A DNA stretch of 32,000 nucleotides from Candidatus Methylomirabilis limnetica (GTDB lineage: Bacteria > Methylomirabilota > Methylomirabilia > Methylomirabilales > Methylomirabilaceae), in assembly GCF_003044035.1 (NCBI RefSeq), contig NZ_NVQC01000009.1, positions 90,001-122,000 of the forward strand, given 5' to 3'. The position numbers were made by a program, and so were the translations under genes. Positions 25,702 through 32,000 of this stretch are shown piece by piece; positions within the stretch are counted from its first letter, which is position 1, and each line of letters opens with the position of its first letter. The notes below the pieces were generated by a model that ran no database searches, was not told the origin of the DNA, and saw only the letters and a list, made by a program, of their open reading frames with translations.

Positions 25702-27273
25702 ATGAGTCAGGCGGGAGGACCGATCTTATCGACGCTTATTGTGCTCCCTCTGCTTGGCGTCTTATTGCTTACGATTGTCGACGGAGCGCGTGAGGGGCTC
25801 ATCAAGAGGCTCGCACTGGCCGTCTCCGGCCTAGACCTTCTGCTCTCTCTCATCGTATATGTGCGCTTTGATCCCGCTCAGGCCGGTATGCAGTTCGTTG
25901 AGCGGGCGTCGTGGATCCCTTCGATCGGGAGTAGCTATTTTCTCGGAGTTGATGGGATCAGCCTTCCACTGTTGCTCCTCACGACGTTTCTCACGCCTAT
26001 CGCTATCCTCGCCTCTTTCTCCGGGATCGCGAGTCGGGTAAAAGCGTATATGATCTGCATGCTGCTGCTCCTAAGCGGCATGATTGGAGTGTTTGTTGCC
26101 CTGGATCTGGTGCTTTTCTACGTCTTCTGGGAGGGGATGCTGATCCCGATGTATTTTCTGATCGGCGTCTGGGGCGGCCCGAGGCGAATCTATGCCACCT
26201 TGAAGTTCGTCCTCTTTACGATGGCGGGAAGCGTCCTGATGCTGCTGGCGATGATCGCCCTCGCCTTCCTGCATCAGGAGAGTACAGGTCAGTTGACGTT
26301 TGACCTCCTGGAGCTGATCGGCGGGTCGATTTCATATGGGACGCAACTGTGGCTCTTCGCCGCCTTTGGCCTCGCCTTTGCCATCAAGGTGCCGATGTTC
26401 CCGTTTCACACATGGCTTCCGGATGCCCACGTAGAGGCGCCTACGGCGGGAAGCGTCCTATTGGCCGGGGTTCTCTTGAAGATGGGGACCTATGGTTTCC
26501 TCCGATTCGCGCTCCCGCTCTTTCCGGAAGCGGCCGTCGCCTTTACTCCTTTGATCTCTGCGCTTGCCGTGATCGGTATCCTGTACGGCGCGCTGGTTGC
26601 CATGGTTCAGGATGATCTCAAGCGGCTGATCGCCTATAGCTCAGTAAGTCACCTGGGGTTCGTGATGCTGGGCATCTTTGCCATGAACGTGCAGGCCGTG
26701 GAAGGGTCAATCCTCCAAATGGTCAATCATGGCCTCTCCACTGGCGCTCTCTTCCTGCTGATTGGGATGATCTATGAGAGGCGCCACACAAGGATGATAG
26801 AGGAGTTCGGTGGACTCTCCCGGACACTCCCTCGCTTTGCCCTCTGCTTCCTGGTTGTGACCATGTCGTCCATTGGCCTGCCAGGCCTGAATGGGTTTGT
26901 GGGCGAGTTCCTGATCCTGACGGGGACATTCCGCGTCCATAAAGGATTTGCGGTGATCGCTACCCTTGGGGTCATTCTGGCAGCGGTCTATATGCTCTGG
27001 ATGTGGCAACGCGTGATGTGGGGGAAAAGCCGACGGGCTGAGAATCTCACGCTCAACGATATCGGCTGTCGTGAGATGGCGATACTGGTCCCGATCATCC
27101 TGCTCATTCTATGGATTGGCCTGAACCCAAATCCCCTCCTCAGAAGGATGGATGCGTCGGTCATTCATCTCCTGGATGGGATGCGGATCGCGGCAACGTC
27201 CGAGGTGCAAATCCCTCCGTCCCCCCCTTTCGTAAAGGGGGGTTGGGGGGATTTGGTGCGGAGCGCGAATTGA
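25702..27273 (+). CDS. nuoM: NADH-quinone oxidoreductase subunit M (operon 2)
   Basis: 523 aa. Motifs: KVPMFPFHTWLPDAHVEAPTAGSVLLAGVLLKMG, LIAYSSVSHLGF. The last ~20 codons are encoded by a palindromic repeat. Confidence 0.95.
   Translation: MSQAGGPILSTLIVLPLLGVLLLTIVDGAREGLIKRLALAVSGLDLLLSLIVYVRFDPAQAGMQFVERASWIPSIGSSYFLGVDGISLPLLLLTTFLTPIAILASFSGIASRVKAYMICMLLLLSGMIGVFVALDLVLFYVFWEGMLIPMYFLIGVWGGPRRIYATLKFVLFTMAGSVLMLLAMIALAFLHQESTGQLTFDLLELIGGSISYGTQLWLFAAFGLAFAIKVPMFPFHTWLPDAHVEAPTAGSVLLAGVLLKMGTYGFLRFALPLFPEAAVAFTPLISALAVIGILYGALVAMVQDDLKRLIAYSSVSHLGFVMLGIFAMNVQAVEGSILQMVNHGLSTGALFLLIGMIYERRHTRMIEEFGGLSRTLPRFALCFLVVTMSSIGLPGLNGFVGEFLILTGTFRVHKGFAVIATLGVILAAVYMLWMWQRVMWGKSRRAENLTLNDIGCREMAILVPIILLILWIGLNPNPLLRRMDASVIHLLDGMRIAATSEVQIPPSPPFVKGGWGDLVRSAN
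27209..27254. repeat. ~46-bp two-segment palindromic element, copy 3, inside the 3' end of nuoM2
   Basis: AAATCC-CTCC-gt-CCCCCCTTT-cgt-AAAGGGGGG-tt-GGGG-GGATTT. It is translated as QIPPSPPFVKGGWGDL. Confidence 0.75.
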
Positions 27274-28751
27274 TGGAGCTTGTACTGCCTCAGATTGACT
27301 GGGCTCCCTTTGCGCCGCTCATACCGGTGGCCATTGGCGGTCTCACAACGTTGGTGACAGATCTCTTTCTGCCGCCGGGACGGAAATATCTCATCGCCAT
27401 CCTAAGCCTGATGGCGATCGCTGCATCGATCCTTATCTCGATCGGCTTATGGGGGCCCATCCTCGGCTCAGATCTGGAAATGGTTCGCTACGGGATTCAT
27501 GACGCGGTCGTGTTGGACCGATTTTCGCTCTTCTTTTATCTTGTGCTTGGCCTGGTCTCGATGCTCACCATCCTGCTGTCGATGGGCCACCTTGACACAG
27601 CAGCCGCTGACCAGGGAGAGTATTACAGCCTGGTGCTCTTCTCGACGTTGGGGATGATGCTGATGGCTGCAGGCGGGGATTTGATCGTAATTTTTCTGGG
27701 GCTGGAAACCTTCTCGCTCGCCCTGTACACGCTCGCTGGATTTTGGAGGACAGATCTTCGCTCCAACGAGTCGGCGCTGAAGTACCTCCTGCTTGGCGCC
27801 TTTGCCAGCGCCTTTTTCCTCTATGGTATTGCCCTGATCTATGGGGCGACCGGCACGACCATGCTTCGGCAGATTGCGGCCTTTCTTGCCGATGGGCATC
27901 CTCCCGCACCCCTGTTCATGATCGGAGGAGGATTGCTTCTGGTTGGGTTCGGCTTCAAGATCGCCTCCGTCCCGTTCCATATGTGGGCCCCTGACGTGTA
28001 TGAGGGGGCGCCCACCTCGGTCACAGCGTTCATGATCGCCGGGACCAAGGCTGCGGCTTTTGCCGCCTTCCTGCGGGTATTTCTTCTGGCTTTGCCTGCC
28101 CTTCACGTGCAGTGGTCGATGGCGATATGGGTTCTAGCGGTCCTCACCATGACCGTGGGGAATCTGGTTGCCCTGGTCCAAGACAACATCAAGCGGATGC
28201 TCGCCTATAGCTCGATCGCGCATGCCGGGTATCTGTTGGTAGCGTTGGTCGCTGGCGGATCATCCGGGGTCGCCAGCATCCTCTTCTACCTTGTCGCCTA
28301 TGCCCTCATGAACCTTGGCGCCTTCGCCGTCATCATCGCGTTGCAAGGTAATGAGCAAGAGCGGCTCTTGCTCACCGACTACGCCGGTCTTGGTTGGCAG
28401 CGGCCGGTCCTGGCCGCCTGCATGGCTATCTTTATGTTCTCGCTAGCCGGGATCCCTCCCACAGCCGGTTTCATGGGCAAGCTGTACATCTTCAGCGCCG
28501 CCCTTGAAGGCCACTATCTTGGCCTGGCGGTGATCGGTGTTCTGAACAGCGTGATCTCGGTCTACTTTTATCTCCGCGTCATCGTCATCATGTACATGAG
28601 TGAGGCAGCGTCCCCGCGGCCGCTCGTTCCGGCATCCGTAGCGGCCGTCCTGGCCGTAGTAATGTCCGTACTGGGGACCCTTCACCTTGGCCTGTTCCCG
28701 GCAGGGTTGCTGGATCTGGCCCGGCAGTCGATCGCAGCCGTCGCAGGATGA
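27273..28751 (+). CDS. nuoN: NADH-quinone oxidoreductase subunit N (operon 2)
   Basis: ATG 27273 overlaps the nuoM2 stop (TGATG). 492 aa with KIASVPFHMWAPDVYEGAPTSVTA and KRMLAYSSIAHAGY. Confidence 0.93.
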   Translation: MELVLPQIDWAPFAPLIPVAIGGLTTLVTDLFLPPGRKYLIAILSLMAIAASILISIGLWGPILGSDLEMVRYGIHDAVVLDRFSLFFYLVLGLVSMLTILLSMGHLDTAAADQGEYYSLVLFSTLGMMLMAAGGDLIVIFLGLETFSLALYTLAGFWRTDLRSNESALKYLLLGAFASAFFLYGIALIYGATGTTMLRQIAAFLADGHPPAPLFMIGGGLLLVGFGFKIASVPFHMWAPDVYEGAPTSVTAFMIAGTKAAAFAAFLRVFLLALPALHVQWSMAIWVLAVLTMTVGNLVALVQDNIKRMLAYSSIAHAGYLLVALVAGGSSGVASILFYLVAYALMNLGAFAVIIALQGNEQERLLLTDYAGLGWQRPVLAACMAIFMFSLAGIPPTAGFMGKLYIFSAALEGHYLGLAVIGVLNSVISVYFYLRVIVIMYMSEAASPRPLVPASVAAVLAVVMSVLGTLHLGLFPAGLLDLARQSIAAVAG

Positions 28752-29416
28752 GAGAGCCACTGTCCATGAAAGCGATTAAGATTCCCGAGAAGACCGTGAC
28801 CCGGATTTCGATCTACCTGAGATGCTTAGAGGAGCTGGAGCACGAAGGGACGGCGAGCGTCTCGTCCACGCAACTGGCCGATCGTTTCGGCCTGAATTCC
28901 GCCCAGGTGCGAAAGGACTTGGCATGCTTTGGCCAGTTCGGCATCAGGGGTTTGGGGTACTACATTACCCCCCTTCGGCATAGCCTGGAGGAGATTCTCG
29001 GACTCAAGCGGGCTTGGGATGTAGCCTTGGTCGGGTTGGGGAACCTGGGCTCTGCGTTAATGACCTACAAGGGGTTCCATGAGAAAGGATTCAAGATCTC
29101 TGCCGTGTTCGATCGCGACCCGGCCAAGATCGATCGGAGGGTTGAAGGGGTCCAGGTGATGGATATCGGGGCGATCGTCCCGGTTATCCGCAAGCGGAAG
29201 ATCAAGATGGGCATCCTGGCTGTTCGTGCCGCTGGTGCCCAGGCTGTCCTCGACGCTCTAGTAGAGGGCGGGGTCATCGCAGTCTTGAATTTCGCCCCCA
29301 CCCAACTGACAGCCCCCGATTCGGTCAAGATCCAGAATGTTGACCTATCGGCTCTGCTGAAGACACTGAGCTATCATATCGCCCAGACGGAGCGGCCGAA
29401 CTCCCGCACGCCTTGA
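28748..29416 (+). CDS. rex: redox-sensing (NADH/NAD+) transcriptional repressor Rex
   Basis: It has a winged-helix N-terminus (RISIYLRCLEELEHEG...SSTQLADRFGLNSAQVRKDLACFGQFG) and a Rossmann GxGxxG (LVGLGNLGSAL). ATG 28748 overlaps the nuoN2 stop (ATGA); ATG 28766 is an alternative start. Confidence 0.9.
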   Translation: MREPLSMKAIKIPEKTVTRISIYLRCLEELEHEGTASVSSTQLADRFGLNSAQVRKDLACFGQFGIRGLGYYITPLRHSLEEILGLKRAWDVALVGLGNLGSALMTYKGFHEKGFKISAVFDRDPAKIDRRVEGVQVMDIGAIVPVIRKRKIKMGILAVRAAGAQAVLDALVEGGVIAVLNFAPTQLTAPDSVKIQNVDLSALLKTLSYHIAQTERPNSRTP

Positions 29417-29428
29417 CACCCTTGCCTC

Positions 29429-29929
29429 TTACTTCCCTTTCTGATTGAGAAGGACATCGATAGACTTTTGAAACTCCTCCTCCGTCATTGCCCCGACCGA
29501 GCGTCCATATAAGCTCCCGTCTTTATTGACCATAATGGTGGTCGGCGTACCCTCGATTTGATAACGCCGGCCGATATCACCGGTGCTGTCGCGTCCTACG
29601 GGATAAGGAACCTTGTACTCTTCAACAAATTTCCGCGCGCTGGCTTCGTTATCCCAGGCGACGTTCACGCCCAGCATCACGAGGCCCTTGCCCTTATACT
29701 GCTGGTAGATCTTTGCCAGAACGGGAGCCTCCCGTTGACAGTGTGATCATGTGGAGTGGAAGAAATTGATCAGGACCGGCTTGCCGCGAAAGTCTTTTAG
29801 TGCGATGGACTTTCCATCCAGGAGCGGAAGCGTAAAGTCCGGGACAGGCGCAGCGTGGGCCGCCTGGGCAACTAATAGTGTGCCAATCAAGAGGGCTGCG
29901 TACATTGCTCGTCGTAGGGGATTGTTCAT
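29429..29929 (-). CDS. secreted TlpA/ResA-like thioredoxin-fold redoxin; in-frame TGA (29749-29747) read as selenocysteine in a UxxC motif
   Basis: The ORFs 29747..29929 and 29429..29680 share one frame (501 nt = 167 codons), interrupted only by one TGA. The read-through gives KPVLINFFHST-U-SHC-QREAPVLAKIY. An AGGAGG SD lies 7 nt before ATG 29929. Signal peptide: LLIGTLLVAQAAHA|APV. Confidence 0.7.
29720..29736 (-). promoter_or_regulatory. candidate bacterial SECIS hairpin
   Basis: mRNA 5'-AACGGGA-GGC-UCCCGUU-3'. It begins 10 nt after the UGA and has a G-rich apex. Confidence 0.55.
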
Positions 29930-29946
29930 GTCTGATTCCTCCTAAA

Positions 29947-30000
29947 TGTAGGGGCGCTGCTTGCTGCGCCCTCTTTGGGCAGGGCATACCCTGCCCCTAC
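29947..30000 (-). repeat. REP-like two-hairpin element, copy 2 (inverted orientation)
   Basis: TGTAGGGG-CGCtgcttgctGCGCCC-tctttG-GGCAGGGcataCCCTGCCCCTAC, between the UbiD-family stop and the redoxin start. Confidence 0.8.
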
Positions 30001-30029
30001 GCCAATAGCTGATCTCTGCCAGCTTCTCA

Positions 30030-31478
30030 TCAACCCAACCCATACTCTTTCCATCGTTGGTCTACGAGGGCCTTGGTCTCGCGATCCATGACCTGTTCCT
30101 CCGGCCACTCGCGCGTGAATCCCTCCTCTTTCCACTTGCGTGTTCCGTCGATCCCCATCTTTGAGCCATACCGGGGCAGCCGACTGGCGTGATCCAGGGT
30201 TTCGACCGGGCCCATGACAAACTCGATATCGCGCTCCGGGTCGATATGGTTCAGGACCTTCCAGGTCACTTCGGCCGGATCGCGGACGTTCACATCCTTG
30301 TCCACGACGACGATCACCTTCGAAAACATCGCCTGGCCGAGGCCCCAGATCGCGTGCATGATCTTGCGCGCGTGGCCCGGGTAGGCTTTATCGATACTGA
30401 CGATGACGAGGTTATGAAAGACCCCGGCGAACGGCATGTGAAAGTCCACGATTTCCGGTAACTGTTTTCTCAGGAGGGGGAGGGACATCCGTTCCACGGC
30501 AGTCCCCATGTGACAGTCTTCCATGGGTGGGCGGCCGACGATGGTGGTCTGATAAATCGGATCCCGGCGGTGGGTGACGGCCGTCAGGTGAAAGACGGGA
30601 TAGTGGTCAGCAAGGGAGTAAAAGCCGGTGTGGTCGCCGAATGGCCCCTCCAGGCGCAGCTCATCCGGTTCGACGTACCCTTCCAGCACAATCTCGGCGT
30701 TGGCGGGAACCTCCAGATCGACGGTCTCGCACTGAACAAGCTCGACGGACCGCTTCCGCAGAAAGCCGGCGATGAGCATCTCATCAATCCCGTCGGGCGC
30801 CGGTATGACTGCCGACAGGGTGGTGGCCGGATCAGGCCCCAGGGCAACGGCGACCTCGGTACGGCGACCCAGCCGCCGGTTTTTCTCGTAGTGTCTGGCC
30901 CCGCCGTGATGGATGTGCCAGTGCATGCCTGCGGTCCGTTCGTCGAAGATCTGCATTCGATACATGCCGCAATTGCGCGTGCCGGTTTCGGGATCTTTGG
31001 TGAAGACCAAGGGCATTGTCACGAATCGGCCGCCATCCAGCGGCCAGCACTTGAGGGTCGGCAACGGGTCGAATGAGGGCTCTTTCGTGATGCGTACCTC
31101 CTTGCACGGGCCATCCTTCACCCGTTTGGGCAGGTAGCGGGCCATCTCCGCGAGCTTGGGCAACATCCGGAGCTTCTCAAAGAACCCTTCCGGGGGCTTG
31201 ATCTCGGTGACGCTGTCCAGCTCACTGGCCAGATCGTCCAGCGAGGCGCGCTGCAACGCCAGGCACATCTGCTCCTCGGAGCCGAAGGCGTTGATCAGGA
31301 CCGGCATCGATGAATCCTTGACCCGTTCGAAGAGCAGGGCCGGTCCGAACCGCTTGCTGACTCGATCAGTGATTTCGGTAATCTCGAGAATCGGATCGAC
31401 CTGGGTCTTGATCCGCTTCAGCAGTCCCCGCTGCTCCAGCGCCGCGATAAAGGCCCGCAGATCCTCGTATGCCATCAT
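30030..31478 (-). CDS. ubiD: UbiD-family (prenyl-FMN-dependent) aromatic decarboxylase; ubiquinone versus menaquinone role not resolvable
   Basis: 482 aa from MMAYEDLRAFIAALEQRGLLKRI..., a typical UbiD N-terminus. GGAG precedes the two ATGs at 31478 and 31475. The 518-aa ORF-track version starts at 31586 and reads through a REP element. Confidence 0.88.
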   Translation of the reverse strand: MMAYEDLRAFIAALEQRGLLKRIKTQVDPILEITEITDRVSKRFGPALLFERVKDSSMPVLINAFGSEEQMCLALQRASLDDLASELDSVTEIKPPEGFFEKLRMLPKLAEMARYLPKRVKDGPCKEVRITKEPSFDPLPTLKCWPLDGGRFVTMPLVFTKDPETGTRNCGMYRMQIFDERTAGMHWHIHHGGARHYEKNRRLGRRTEVAVALGPDPATTLSAVIPAPDGIDEMLIAGFLRKRSVELVQCETVDLEVPANAEIVLEGYVEPDELRLEGPFGDHTGFYSLADHYPVFHLTAVTHRRDPIYQTTIVGRPPMEDCHMGTAVERMSLPLLRKQLPEIVDFHMPFAGVFHNLVIVSIDKAYPGHARKIMHAIWGLGQAMFSKVIVVVDKDVNVRDPAEVTWKVLNHIDPERDIEFVMGPVETLDHASRLPRYGSKMGIDGTRKWKEEGFTREWPEEQVMDRETKALVDQRWKEYGLG

Positions 31479-31515
31479 AACTCCAAGCGGTGAGCTGTCA
31501 GCGCTCAGCAATTGG

Positions 31516-31569
31516 TGTAGGGGCAGGGCTTGCCCTGCCCAAAGAGGGCGCAGCAAGCAGCGCCCATAC
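31516..31569 (+). repeat. REP-like two-hairpin element, copy 3 (ubiD 5' UTR)
   Basis: TGTAGGGGCAGGGcttgCCCTGCCCaaagaGGGCGCagcaagcaGCGCCCATAC. Confidence 0.8.
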
Positions 31570-31600
31570 GCGGCTGATAGCTGCACTATTGAACGCTGCC

Positions 31601-31629
31601 ACTATAGCGGAGGGAGGTGAGGTCGGCAA
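31601..31629 (-). promoter_or_regulatory. sigma70-like promoter candidate for the UbiD-family gene
   Basis: On the minus strand: TTGCCG (31629-31624), 17-nt spacer, TATAGT (31606-31601). Confidence 0.4.
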
Positions 31630-31756
31630 GCAAAAATGGGTCAACAGAAAAGGCAATCGCCGCAGACCGATGGCGCCTCCTCGCGCATCTTAGAATGGTG
31701 GGTACGGTATGGAGTCGAGGTGTGAGTAAATCTGTCCCTTTTTCGATAGATTCCAC

Positions 31757-31785
31757 TTGACCGATCAGATTGTACTGTAGATGAT
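31757..31785 (+). promoter_or_regulatory. weak sigma70-like promoter candidate for the RHH gene
   Basis: TTGACC (31757-31762), 17-nt spacer, GATGAT (31780-31785). Confidence 0.25.
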
Positions 31786-31811
31786 GATGTATATTCGAGA
31801 AAGGCAGAGTC

Positions 31812-32000
31812 ATGCCCCGTAAAGTGCGAAAACAAATCTATCTTGATCCCCACCATGCGCAGCTCTTGAAGCAGTTGGCGCGTGATCTCGGGGTGTCGGA
31901 AGCGGCGCTCATTCGGCAGGCCGTGGACCAACAGGCGGCCCACCTTACACCCCTCCGCCGCGACCCAGCCGCCTGGCAGCAAGAGCGGGCCTTTATTGAA
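31812..32000 (+). CDS. ribbon-helix-helix (CopG/VapB-like) antitoxin-type protein; 3' end outside the window
   Basis: ATG 31812 is open to the window edge. The translation MPRKVRKQIYLDPHHAQLLKQLARDLGVSEAALIRQAVDQQ... shows a beta-strand followed by two helices, typical of RHH antitoxins. It is absent from the ORF track because no stop is reached. Confidence 0.6.
   Translation, partial: MPRKVRKQIYLDPHHAQLLKQLARDLGVSEAALIRQAVDQQAAHLTPLRRDPAAWQQERAFIE

Noticed and set aside
31479-31586. A longer UbiD starting at 31586 (518 aa)
   Set aside because: The extra 36 aa read through REP copy 3. UbiD homology and a GGAG SD begin at 31478/31475.
31636-31725. A 29-aa ORF (MGQQKRQSPQ...) in the ubiD/RHH divergent region as a toxin or small protein
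   Set aside because: It has no SD and no recognisable family. It overlaps the candidate ubiD promoter region.

Overview
About 60% GC, from a Gram-negative bacterium (LptD is present); I cannot assign a taxon from the sequence alone. The window is mostly core housekeeping and respiratory genes. In order: the 3' end of dinB, a small secreted protein, lptD, hemB-hemL, and a mono-haem cytochrome c. A 23-kb co-directional respiratory block follows. It holds complex-I operon 1 (nuoA-C-D-H-J-K-L-M-N), then atpZ-atpB-atpE, then complex-I operon 2 (nuoA-C-D-E-F-H-J-K-L-M-N), then rex overlapping the nuoN2 stop. The minus strand carries a UbiD-family decarboxylase and a TlpA-like redoxin. An RHH antitoxin-like gene runs off the 3' edge. 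Four things deserve a second look. (1) Neither nuo operon has nuoB or nuoI, and operon 2 has nuoEF but no nuoG; the gene junctions leave no room for them. (2) Seven intergenic junctions inside the nuo operons carry inverted arrays of 7-nt tandem repeats (GTTTCGA/TCGAAAC and variants). These predict long sense-strand RNA hairpins. (3) The redoxin has an in-frame TGA at the first Cys position of its CxxC motif, with a SECIS-like hairpin 10 nt downstream, so it is probably a UxxC selenoprotein that the ORF track splits in two. (4) Three further palindromic repeat families are present, and one of them is translated as the C-terminus of NuoM2. No tRNA, rRNA, CRISPR array, transposase or integrase was seen.
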